64,000 nucleotides of DNA from an uncultured Gemmatimonadales bacterium. GTDB lineage: Bacteria > Gemmatimonadota > Gemmatimonadetes > Gemmatimonadales > Gemmatimonadaceae. The stretch's first letter is position 1. Every line of letters begins with the position of its first letter. The notes under the pieces were generated by a model, which saw only the letters and a list, made by a program, of their open reading frames with translations, searched no databases and was not told the DNA's origin. The translations under genes were made by a program, and so were the position numbers. Below are positions 25,033 through 34,043 of the stretch, one piece after another. The stretch is taken from positions 2,656,001 to 2,720,000 of the forward strand of contig CAWKMU010000003.1 in the NCBI GenBank assembly GCA_963850905.1. The letters are read 5' to 3'.

Positions 25033-27906
25033 ATGGAACGCCCCTCTCGACCAAGGCTCGTGTTGGGCTCCACCGTGCGGTGGTATGTCGGCGTCCTGGC
25101 TGCCGCACTGGCGCAAACGAGTGCCGGGGTCGGCTTGTTGCGCGCGCAGGATTCGAGTCTCCGCCGGCCGGCGACCCCCGAGGTCAGTGGTAATCAGGCA
25201 CAAACGGCCGGACCGCTCTTCTTCACCGACACCGCGGCTGATGGCCGTTGGGTCGATGCGCACGACGCCCCGGTTCTCCAGCGGCCGGTATCGATCACAC
25301 TGGTTGGAGTCCCGCTCGACAAAGCGCTCGAGGGGATCGCCAAGGAAGCTGGTGTAACGCTGAGCTATACGCCCGAGCTCCTCCCGCTCGGTGCCCGTAT
25401 CTCGATCAAGGCCGACAGCGCGACCTTGGTCGCCGTGCTGGCCCAGGCTCTTTCCAACGCCGGAGAGGACGTGCTCGTGAGCGCGAGCGGCGACTTGACG
25501 CTCGTTCCGCATTCGGTGGTCCTCGAGGGTGCCGACTCCTCGCGCGTGGTTACCGGCACGGTCCTCGATGTAGAGAATGGGGAACCCGTGCCCTACGCCA
25601 CGGTTGCCCTGTTGGGAACGGACCACGCACGGTTTGCCGACGGCGCCGGTCACTTCCGTCTGACCAGGATAAGGCCCAGAGCGTACCGGCTCCGTGCTCG
25701 CCAGATCGGCTACGAGCCCGTGGACACGACGGTGGCGATCGGTCAAGGCCCATCGGTGGTGACGATCACGCTGCGGATGCACCGTATCCCCACCTTGCTC
25801 GGCGCGGTCACGGTCACCGGTCGCCAGGGTGGCGGATGCGTGGCGACTGGTATTCCAGACTCCAAGGTCGACCCGACATTGGCAGCGATCTTCGGTCAGG
25901 TTCGTGAGAACGTCGACCGCACGCGGCTCCTCGCTGAGCAGTACCCCTTCCGGTACACTCGGGAAGAGCGCCGGATCATCCGGCGAAGCCCCGGCGGCGA
26001 TTCGACCGACTACATCGATAGTCTCTCGTACGAGTCTCGAGCCCGTCAGCCGTATGAGATCGGCGACGTCGTGTTTTATCGCCTCGATACAGTGTTCCAT
26101 CGAGCCGGTCCCGGCGACGTACCGAGGCCCGTGACCCGGCGCCACATGTACCTCCCGGTCTTCACCGACCTGGCGGACTCGGCGTTCCTCGCGGCGCATT
26201 GCTTCCACGTGGGCGCGATGGAGCGCGATCAGAATGGCCCCACGTTGTTCCGCATTGATTTCGAGCCGGCGAAGCGCATTCGGTCTCCAGATATCCAAGG
26301 GTCGATCTATATCGACGCCCGCGACCTGCTCGTACGGCGGGCGTTCTTCGCGTTGACCAGACCGGAGGCGGCCAAACCACCGCTCATCAACTTCGCGGTG
26401 ACCACGACATTCCGCCCGATCATCCCGCTCGTTCCACTCGTCGACTCCATGGGGTCGCAGCAATTGGTCGGTACGACAGATGGCCTGGTGAATCCCCGGC
26501 GTGAGGTCAGTCGCCTCGCGCTCACGACCGATCGCATGATCCGGGTCTCCTTCGAGCGGGAAACGCCCGATGCCGGCGTCAGTCCGGCCAGCGTGGCCGC
26601 GAGCTCCGGGCCGGCCCGACCGCCTTCGCGCCCGGCAGACTCCAGTGCACGCGCCGACCGGAGTGGCATCACGCGCGTCCGTGCGGTGTTCCCCCCAGAC
26701 CCATCCTGCAGAGTCGAGCCGCCGTCCGATACGATCGCGCAACTGGTCTACGCCACGCTTGACGGTCCGCGGCCGGCCGGTCTGCGACAATCCGTATGGT
26801 CGCGGTATGTCGGCGATGTCCTCGCGGCCCTGCGCCGGTCGTTCGTGCTGCCCGACGATCTGACGCTCCAGGCTTTCAGCCGACCGTTCCCGATCGCGAC
26901 ATCGCAAAGCGTCGCGCGTGACGGCCTCGGCGTCGGGGACTCGCCAGCGGACAGCGGCGGCGTCACCATCGCTGCCATGATGCCGCGGGCGTCGAGCGAC
27001 TCGTCGGGCACGCTGCTTGGCGTCGTGATGGGAGTAGGGCGGGGGGACGGTATCGGGCGGCCCCTGCCGTTCGCGAGCGTCTGGCTCGCCGGCACGAGTG
27101 AGCGCGTGACCGACTCGGCGGGGACTTGGCGCGTCGCTCGGCTCGCTCCGGGCACCTATGCTGTGCGTGTGCGGCAGCTCGGGTTTGCGGTGAAGGACAC
27201 CACCATCGCGATCCGCGGCGGCTCGTCGGTGACCATCGACACCATTCGCCTATCCCCGGCGTCCCTGCGCTCTGGCGCGCTATTCGGCCCGGGCGGTCGT
27301 CCTGCGTTGTACGTCGCGCCTACGCTGTCTACCAGCATCGCACTGACACTCGGCGCCAACGGATCGGTGCAGGACGCGCGCCTTGTCGCGTCATCGGGGT
27401 CCGGTACGGCAGACACGCTGGTGCTCGCGGCGATCGAGCGCGCGGCCGCGCGTCATGAGTTTCCTGTAATCGATTCGACCGGGGAGCGGCCGGGTGTCGC
27501 GACATTTGATCTCGTCGTCTCGTTGGACCAGCCGAGTACCGAGCAAGCCGTCACACTGGGACGCGTCGAAGAGCCGGCCTGGCCATGGGAGCACGAGGCT
27601 GCCCTGAACAAGCGCCTGCGGCAACCCAACATCTTCGGCAACATTGCCGCGGGCGACCCGGCAGCCGACACCGCGAATTTCGAGTTCGTAGTTGACGCGC
27701 GTGGCCGCGTGATCCCCTCGACTGCCCGTACCCTTCGCACGGGGTCTGAAGCCGCCCGTCGTGCACCCGACTCGCGCCTCGAAACACGGGTGCTGCAGTC
27801 ACTCGCGCGCTTTTATTTCACGCCTGCCGTGGTTGCGACCTGCCCCGTGTCGCAGTTGATGAAACAGGGTTTCGGCTACTCCATTCATCCCGACAGCGCG
27901 CGATAG
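25033..27906 (+). CDS. Secreted multidomain protein: STN-like N-terminus, two carboxypeptidase-regulatory-like domains, TonB-C-like C-terminus
   Basis: The N-terminus aligns by eye with that of the SusC at 45519. VTGTVLDVENGEPVPYATV..GHFRL..RQIGY; FEFVVDARGRV...FTPA. Confidence 0.6.
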   Translation: MERPSRPRLVLGSTVRWYVGVLAAALAQTSAGVGLLRAQDSSLRRPATPEVSGNQAQTAGPLFFTDTAADGRWVDAHDAPVLQRPVSITLVGVPLDKALEGIAKEAGVTLSYTPELLPLGARISIKADSATLVAVLAQALSNAGEDVLVSASGDLTLVPHSVVLEGADSSRVVTGTVLDVENGEPVPYATVALLGTDHARFADGAGHFRLTRIRPRAYRLRARQIGYEPVDTTVAIGQGPSVVTITLRMHRIPTLLGAVTVTGRQGGGCVATGIPDSKVDPTLAAIFGQVRENVDRTRLLAEQYPFRYTREERRIIRRSPGGDSTDYIDSLSYESRARQPYEIGDVVFYRLDTVFHRAGPGDVPRPVTRRHMYLPVFTDLADSAFLAAHCFHVGAMERDQNGPTLFRIDFEPAKRIRSPDIQGSIYIDARDLLVRRAFFALTRPEAAKPPLINFAVTTTFRPIIPLVPLVDSMGSQQLVGTTDGLVNPRREVSRLALTTDRMIRVSFERETPDAGVSPASVAASSGPARPPSRPADSSARADRSGITRVRAVFPPDPSCRVEPPSDTIAQLVYATLDGPRPAGLRQSVWSRYVGDVLAALRRSFVLPDDLTLQAFSRPFPIATSQSVARDGLGVGDSPADSGGVTIAAMMPRASSDSSGTLLGVVMGVGRGDGIGRPLPFASVWLAGTSERVTDSAGTWRVARLAPGTYAVRVRQLGFAVKDTTIAIRGGSSVTIDTIRLSPASLRSGALFGPGGRPALYVAPTLSTSIALTLGANGSVQDARLVASSGSGTADTLVLAAIERAAARHEFPVIDSTGERPGVATFDLVVSLDQPSTEQAVTLGRVEEPAWPWEHEAALNKRLRQPNIFGNIAAGDPAADTANFEFVVDARGRVIPSTARTLRTGSEAARRAPDSRLETRVLQSLARFYFTPAVVATCPVSQLMKQGFGYSIHPDSAR

Positions 27907-28056
27907 CTCGAGGCAGCCCGGGGCCGGCCGCCGGTGAGCGGGGCATCGTCGGTGCCAACTTGCCGGGGCGGGTGACGCGCTCGATCTTCTCCACTGCTCG
28001 GCCGCCCCACGCGGCCGCGGCGTTGGCATCGTGTCGTCATCGATTGGAGGAACGCC

Positions 28057-29889
28057 GTGTCGCTTCGGATCAGCGCCCTCGGATGGGGCCTGCTGCCCGC
28101 GTTGCTGGTCGCGTCACTCAGTGGCGCGCAGGAAGCGCCGGCGGGGACCAAGATGTTCGAGACGTCCGACAACACCTGGTACGAAGGCACCCTGACGCGG
28201 TTCCGGGTCGCCCCAGGCGCGGACCGCGCGCTGTTCCGCATGCTGGGGCGAACGCATCTCGTCAACCTGGCGGCCGGTCGCGAGGATTCGGCGGCACTGG
28301 TGGGCAAGCTCGATAAGCTGGATGACGCCACATTCTGCGGCGAAACGCTCGTGCGGCGTGGGCGGCATGGCATCGAGCACGGGTGGTTCTTGAGCGATGG
28401 TGCCGATGGCCCCACCGATGGGCCATCCGCTGGCCTGCCAGACGACGCGGTCCTGACCTGCACGTCGGACGGAAAACAACTCGCTTACTATCGGGCATCC
28501 GCGCCGCGCTCAGGCGTCTTCGTCGGTCCGATCGAAGCGTACCGAACGTACCTGTTCCAGGGCGACGTGACCGGCATCGTGTTCGCGCCGGATGGGCACA
28601 CGCTCTACGCGACGTATATCAATGACGACGGCGTGTCGTCGCTCGCGGCGATCACGCTTGCCTCGGGACAGACCCGTGTCATTGCCGCGGATCTCGACAT
28701 GATGCCCGGTGGCAATGTGATCAGCGTGGCGCCAGACGGGCGGCATCTCTACTTGGCCCTCGCGAGTGCCGGGGCCCCCAACAATGCCGCGCGCCACGTG
28801 CCGCATGCGATGCGCTATCTGCAGATCTATGCGCTCGACTTGGTCTCTGGGGCGCGACAGCGGATCACGTCATCGGACCAGGACAACTACGATCCCAATC
28901 TGGTCGGTCACACGCTGTACTGGGCGCGTGTCCTTCCGCACAAGGCGGTCGCCGTGATCCCGGCGACGGGCGGCGAGGTCCGGGAGGTACTGTCCGGTGC
29001 GGATCTCCCCATGTGGAGTCCAGATGGTCGCCGTATTTCGTACACGTACGATTACGATCGGATGGCGGACGGTGCGCTGCCCATGGATGTCGGCGTGATC
29101 GATGTCGACAACCGTGTGCACCCCACATCGAAGCCGGCACCCTTCGTGACGGGATACCACGAGGACTTCACGGCCGCATGGTCCCCGGACGGGAAGTGGA
29201 TCGCCTTCCATTCGCATCGGCCGCCAACGCCCGTGCCGTTCTATGATAGCCCGGGGCACACGGACGACATCTACCTGCGGGTGGCCGAGGATCGGCGCGC
29301 ACCCGAGATCCGACTGACGGATTTCGGCTGGGAAGTCGGCCCGGCGTACTGGGCGCCCGACGGTCGACGGCTCATGTTCAGCGGGTGGGAGAAAGGTGGC
29401 ACACCCCGGATCGATAAAGTGTGGATTCTCACCATCGATCCCGTGGCCGGTCGGACCGTGCGCGCGGACCGGTTGCCGCTGCCGCCGGGGCTGCGGAGCG
29501 CCAGCTGGGCGATGTGGTCGCCCGACGGGAAGCGCGTGGCGATCGAAGACAATCAGGGCGGAAACAAGCGCACACTGTGGGTGCTCGGTGCCGACGGATC
29601 CGATCCGCGAAAACTGATCGACTATCGCGGTAGCACGTATGGTGCGCTCGACTGGGCACCCAATGGCAAGACCATCGTATACAGTGGGCTCGTAGACGAT
29701 CGACTGCAGCTATTCGCGATTCCGAGTTCGGGCGGCGAGCCGCGACAACTGACCCACGACTCGGAGAACATCCTGCATCCGAAATTTTCTCCTGACGGTC
29801 GGTGGATCGCCTGCTCGCGGCTGGCGAGAGAGCATGTGATGCTCAAGCGCTCGCTTACGCCGCAGGTGATTTCCAGCAGGGGTCGATAG
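28057..29889 (+). CDS. Secreted TolB-like beta-propeller protein (PD40 repeats)
   Basis: Signal peptide and repeated WSPDG/FSPDG motifs. Confidence 0.85.
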   Translation: MSLRISALGWGLLPALLVASLSGAQEAPAGTKMFETSDNTWYEGTLTRFRVAPGADRALFRMLGRTHLVNLAAGREDSAALVGKLDKLDDATFCGETLVRRGRHGIEHGWFLSDGADGPTDGPSAGLPDDAVLTCTSDGKQLAYYRASAPRSGVFVGPIEAYRTYLFQGDVTGIVFAPDGHTLYATYINDDGVSSLAAITLASGQTRVIAADLDMMPGGNVISVAPDGRHLYLALASAGAPNNAARHVPHAMRYLQIYALDLVSGARQRITSSDQDNYDPNLVGHTLYWARVLPHKAVAVIPATGGEVREVLSGADLPMWSPDGRRISYTYDYDRMADGALPMDVGVIDVDNRVHPTSKPAPFVTGYHEDFTAAWSPDGKWIAFHSHRPPTPVPFYDSPGHTDDIYLRVAEDRRAPEIRLTDFGWEVGPAYWAPDGRRLMFSGWEKGGTPRIDKVWILTIDPVAGRTVRADRLPLPPGLRSASWAMWSPDGKRVAIEDNQGGNKRTLWVLGADGSDPRKLIDYRGSTYGALDWAPNGKTIVYSGLVDDRLQLFAIPSSGGEPRQLTHDSENILHPKFSPDGRWIACSRLAREHVMLKRSLTPQVISSRGR

Positions 29890-30024
29890 CGCGCGCCTGT
29901 TGGCCGGGCCGGTGACGATGACACCTGCGTCCACGATCAACGCGATGACCCGTGCAGCGGCCGAGGCTTTGTTGCTGACATGGCGATATCGGCCTAGTCG
30001 GTAACCACTCATCAAGGAAAGGAC

Positions 30025-30051
30025 GGGGCCCATGGCAATGGGCCCCTTTTG
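30025..30051. terminator. Putative intrinsic terminator
   Basis: GGGGCCCAT-GGCA-ATGGGCCCC-TTTT. Confidence 0.6.
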
Positions 30052-30451
30052 TCTTGCTCTGGCCGACGTGACGACACGCCGCACAGGTGGTACAGGTCCC
30101 GGCCTCGCGCATGGCCGCGCCAAGTCATCGATACGGACGGTTCCGTTCCTAGCGTTGCTGCTCGAGCTCGGAGTGCCTCGGTCGTCGAGGCGTGCTCTTG
30201 GTCTTGTGCGATGCGATCAGCTGCCTCCGCCTCTACGGCGCAAGTAGCGACGCGATGGGTGACCCAGTAGTGATCTTGGTCTATACGCTGCGCAGGCTGC
30301 CTCGCACTGACTGCGGACGACCAAGGTGCAATGGTGAATGTAACAGTGATCGCGCGATCGTAATCATCGAAACGGGCAACAGCCGCATTTAGCTCAGTTG
30401 AGGCCGATCATGATGTATCACACGAATTCCGATAAGTGCCGGCACTCGACG

Positions 30452-31027
30452 GTGCGGCGTATTCTCACAGTCATTGCTCTTGCCACGGGCCTGAGCGTAC
30501 TGACAACAGCGCGCGCACATGCGCAGCTGTCGGTCGGCCTTGCCGGAGGAGCCACGTTCCCGCTGGGCACGATCTCCAATACCTACGAAACCGGTTACAA
30601 CATCCTCGCTGATCTCACCCTTGGCGAGAAAACCAGCCCGCTGAACATCCGCTTCGACGGAATGTTCAACGACTTGGGAGCCAAGTCCGGCTTCTCGATT
30701 CCCAGTCAACAGATGTGGACGCTCAACGCCAACGCTGTCTTCAACATCGGGGCGGATACGGGCAAGGCTGTCATTCCGTACATTATTGGCGGGGTCGGTT
30801 ACTACAACACGAGCTACAACGTTTCGGCTGTTAACACGGGTTCTGGCGAGACGCTTACGTCGACCGGCAACATTCACCAAAACAGCTTGGGCTTGAACGC
30901 GGGCCTCGGCCTCCATGTGGGCAAGGGCAAGATCTCGGGATTTATCGAGGCGCGGTACCATTACGTCTTCGTGGGAAACCACAACTTCCAGTTCTTGCCG
31001 TTGACTGCCGGCATCTCGTTGTTCTGA
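30452..31027 (+). CDS. Outer-membrane beta-barrel (OmpA-like 8-strand) protein; start uncertain (30398-30452)
   Basis: AHA-Q signal peptide, PYIIGGVGYY, FIEARYH, terminal Phe. Confidence 0.8.
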   Translation: MRRILTVIALATGLSVLTTARAHAQLSVGLAGGATFPLGTISNTYETGYNILADLTLGEKTSPLNIRFDGMFNDLGAKSGFSIPSQQMWTLNANAVFNIGADTGKAVIPYIIGGVGYYNTSYNVSAVNTGSGETLTSTGNIHQNSLGLNAGLGLHVGKGKISGFIEARYHYVFVGNHNFQFLPLTAGISLF

Positions 31028-31096
31028 CCTATCCGGACGTCAGCCCCTTTCGCTACTTGGCCGGGTCGGTGCGCGCGCGCATCGATCCGGCCAAGC

Positions 31097-31558
31097 TCAT
31101 TCTTCGAATCGTTTGATCTCGACGCGCCCTCCGTACTTCGTAAAGGGGCAGGTGGCGGCTATTCGCGCCGCGGCGGAGTCGTTCGCGGCCCGCAAGATGA
31201 ACAACCCGCCGATTGGGCCCGGCCCGACGAGGTGGCCGCCACGTTCGAGGTTCCCTGCCGAGTGGAGACTGTCCGCCCAGTGCGCGAGCTCGGCGACGCG
31301 CTCGGCGCCATGTCCCTTGGGCGCTGAGCGATACGTCGAGTCCTGGTAGAGCAGCAGCACATAGGTGTTGCCGTGCGCCAGCGTATGCTTTGGGCGCAAC
31401 ACCGACACGCCGATCGCCAACACGATCACCGCGGCGGCCGCCGCCACCCAGATCGGCCAGGCGCGTCGGCGCCGGACGAGCCCCGCCGCGACCAGCGTGG
31501 ACACGACGCGCTCCTCCAGAGCGGGGTCCGGCTGTCTTTCCCGTGGCAGATCCGTCAT
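31097..31558 (-). CDS. Putative membrane anti-sigma factor with a YCII-like domain
   Basis: Single TM, then YVLLL...IGGLFILRAAN..AARIAATCP..YGGRVEIK; ATGA-coupled to the ECF gene. Confidence 0.6.
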   Translation of the reverse strand: MTDLPRERQPDPALEERVVSTLVAAGLVRRRRAWPIWVAAAAAVIVLAIGVSVLRPKHTLAHGNTYVLLLYQDSTYRSAPKGHGAERVAELAHWADSLHSAGNLERGGHLVGPGPIGGLFILRAANDSAAARIAATCPFTKYGGRVEIKRFEE

Positions 31559-32062
31559 GGCAGCGAGCTCCGGAGCAGGGTCCGCGCACGGGTGAGCTGG
31601 CTCTTCGACGTGCCCTCGACGATGCCCAGCATCTCGGCGATCTCTCGATGGGTGTAGCCATAGACGTCGTGCAGGACCAAGACGTCGCGGGCGCCCTCGG
31701 GCAGCGCGCCGATCGCGCGCTCCAAATCGAGCGCGTCATCGAGGCCATTGGTGGCCGCGGGCGGCTCGAATGTCCGGTGCATCGACCGTGCGCCAATCGG
31801 CCCGGATGCGCTCCCGTCGGACATTCACCAGGAGCCCACACAACCACGAGCGCAGCGCCGACCGCCCGCGGAACGATGACAACGCGCGCACGGCCCGGAC
31901 CCAGCTCTCCTGCACCAGGTCCTCCGCTTCGCCTTGATCGCCGCCCGTGAGGCGCAAGGCCAGCGCATAGAGCGCCGGTGTGTGCGCCCGATACAGCGCG
32001 CGAAATGCGTCTTCGCCGCGCGCTCGAAGAAACCGCTCAACGAGCGCGTGGTCGTCCGTCAC
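31555..32062 (-). CDS. ECF sigma factor (frameshift near 31770)
   Basis: AEDLVQESWVRA, FRGRSALRSWL, LHDVYGYTHREIAEMLGIVEGTSKSQLTRAR. Confidence 0.88.
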
Positions 32063-32691
32063 GGAGCCTTGGTGGGGTCCACCCAATCGCGCGTGACGAC
32101 GATGAGCGCGGACATCGGCGTCCCTTCCTGGACGACGGCCGGGACGTCCATGCTGTTCGATGTGATGATGCCCATCGAGCTGTTCTTCATGAGCGGATAG
32201 TAGATCATGACGTGTGGCATGAATCGGGAGCGGGCCGTCCCTTTCGCATCGGTGAGCACCTGAGACGATGACTCCATGTACACCAGCGCGGGGCGCTGCG
32301 GCGACCGGAACCGGCCCGAGGCCAACCCGCTATCGACCTCCGCCTTGATTTCGTCGTGGGTCTTGCCGGCGATCCGCTGCTCGACACGGAAGCGATAGAT
32401 GGCCAACACTGTCGCGTCAGCCTCGGCATCCCCGCATTGCGGCTCGAAGGATGTCGGAGAGCTCCGGGCCACGACGCACGCGATACCCGAAGTGCCGGGC
32501 TCCGCAACGACATAGCGGCCGTTCTCGAGCACCCACACCTTGGCATCCTTCGATATCTCCGCTGGTGCAGCGCTTTTCGCGTATCGAATCTCGTCCGCGC
32601 GCGACAGATTCATCGGAGCCGTTGGTGGTGGATCTTGCTGGGCTGCGATGGCGGCGGGGACCAGGAACAACGCAAGAATCCATGCATGCAT
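32059..32691 (-). CDS. Secreted hypothetical protein
   Basis: Signal peptide, AKSAAPAEIS, Cys pair, YMES, PHVMIYYP; GTGA overlap with the ECF gene. Confidence 0.7.
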   Translation of the reverse strand: MHAWILALFLVPAAIAAQQDPPPTAPMNLSRADEIRYAKSAAPAEISKDAKVWVLENGRYVVAEPGTSGIACVVARSSPTSFEPQCGDAEADATVLAIYRFRVEQRIAGKTHDEIKAEVDSGLASGRFRSPQRPALVYMESSSQVLTDAKGTARSRFMPHVMIYYPLMKNSSMGIITSNSMDVPAVVQEGTPMSALIVVTRDWVDPTKAP

Positions 32692-32816
32692 TGAACACCC
32701 TTCACCGTTGAAGTTACCAGTGAGTGACGTTCGACCGCCAAAGGGTTGGAAGGCGATTGTTGTGGCCCGCGAACGGCGCGCGACGGATTGCGAGTTGGCG
32801 TCGCCGAACCGTCATT

Positions 32817-33063
32817 CGGCGGGTAGGGGCGACGCAATGCGTCGCCCTCCATCCCCGCACCGCATGCACCGGCATCGACGTGGGTGCCGTTCTTCTTAAT
32901 GTCGGGCGGCGTAGCCGGCGAACGGCGGGTAGGGGCGACGCAATGCATCGCCCTCCATCCCCGCGCCGCATGCACCAGCATCGACGTGGGTGCCGTTCCT
33001 CCTAATGTTGGGGGGCGTGGCCGGCGAACGGCGGGCGGCGCATTGCGTCGCCCCTACCAGCCG
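32817..33063. repeat. REP cluster: two tandem 106-bp units, each starting with a GTAG REP, closed by an inverted REP
   Basis: REPs at 32823 and 32929 (+) and 33033-33057 (-); the linkers are near-identical. Confidence 0.85.
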
Positions 33064-33113
33064 TATTGCGGTTTCGTGGCTGAGCGCCGGCGTCGCGTTC
33101 TGTGAATCGTCGG

Positions 33114-33596
33114 TCAGCCCAGCTGAAGATCGGTATCCGGTGCGGGGTGGCCGAGCAGTCGGCACATTGCGACGACTTGCCCCTTGTGATGAAAGGCGTG
33201 GGTCATCACGTGGTGCAGGATGAACGCCGGGCTGCGGAGTTCCCCAATCCACTGCTGTGGACGTCGCGCCAGGGGAACGTCGAGCGCCGCCTCCGGCAAT
33301 CGATCGAGGTATGCTTCCGTCGCGCGCATCACTCGCTCCTTGGCTGCGCGGAGCGATGCTGCGGTCGGAAAGTCTGCTGCCGACCATGGCCGGATCGGCC
33401 GATCTTCGAGCCGCAGGACCCAGCGCTCTTCAGCTCCCAGGATGTGCATGAGCTGCTCGCGGACACTCGACGCTCCAAACCCGGGAAGTTCCCGAGCGAA
33501 TTCGTCCGCGCTCAGCACTGCGGCATGCTCTACCACGATGTGCAGCCTCGCGTGCGTCCACTGGTGGAGCGCGCGAATCCCGTCCCTGGTGAACAT
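33114..33596 (-). CDS. DinB/YfiT family protein
   Basis: SVREQLMHILGAE.W and LHHVMTHAFHHKGQV His triad. Confidence 0.88.
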   Translation of the reverse strand: MFTRDGIRALHQWTHARLHIVVEHAAVLSADEFARELPGFGASSVREQLMHILGAEERWVLRLEDRPIRPWSAADFPTAASLRAAKERVMRATEAYLDRLPEAALDVPLARRPQQWIGELRSPAFILHHVMTHAFHHKGQVVAMCRLLGHPAPDTDLQLG

Positions 33597-33728
33597 GTTA
33601 CCAAGTTACGCGGGGTCGACGGCGGGGTCAGGGGGCGGGCGCTTGCACACCCGAGAACGCAGAACCACAGAAAATAGAGGAAAGACGTCCGATTGCCGAT
33701 CGAGGGTGTTTGTAGGTACCTCGGCGAG

Positions 33729-33757
33729 TTGAGCGAGACGGTGCGAGCGCCTAAGTT
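33729..33757 (+). promoter_or_regulatory. Putative sigma70 promoter of tRNA-Met
   Basis: TTGAGC-17 bp-TAAGTT. Confidence 0.45.
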
Positions 33758-33773
33758 GTTGTGAATCAACGTC

Positions 33774-33847
33774 GGCAGGGTAGCTCAGCTGGTTAGAGCA
33801 CGGCACTCATAATGCCGGGGTCGCGGGTTCGAGTCCCGCCCCTGCTA
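33774..33847 (+). tRNA. tRNA-Met (CAT), probably elongator
   Basis: GGCAGGG/CCCTGCT acceptor stem, TAGCTCAGCTGGTTAGAGC D-arm, CGGCA-CTCATAA-TGCCG anticodon arm, GTTCGAGTC. Ile2 identity is not excluded. Confidence 0.95.
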
Positions 33848-34043
33848 TTTGGGAAATCGCGGGGCCGCGCCGGCTTGCACGATTTGGCGCCAAGGGCCAG
33901 CCGGCAGTGGCGGCGCTTGGCATGTCTTCGTATCCTCTGGGCGCATGATTGTCCGCCCGGAGCGCAAGCGCGCCGGCACTGTTCACTGCCCCTGACCGGG
34001 TTGATCGTCCCAGGGAGGCACGGTCCACCGTCTGTCACGTAGC

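Noticed and set aside
25000..26907. Long antisense ORF (635 aa) and similar Arg/Ala/Pro-rich shadow ORFs throughout the window
   Set aside because: Expected by-product of high-GC codon usage opposite real genes; no motifs.
29890..30400. Possible sRNA or small ORF in a ~500-bp gap
   Set aside because: Only a terminator-like hairpin is supportable; no promoter, RBS or known RNA motif recognised.
32817..33063. Possible CRISPR array
   Set aside because: The spacers are near-identical to each other, the last repeat is inverted, there are no cas genes, and the repeat is a dispersed GTAG REP.
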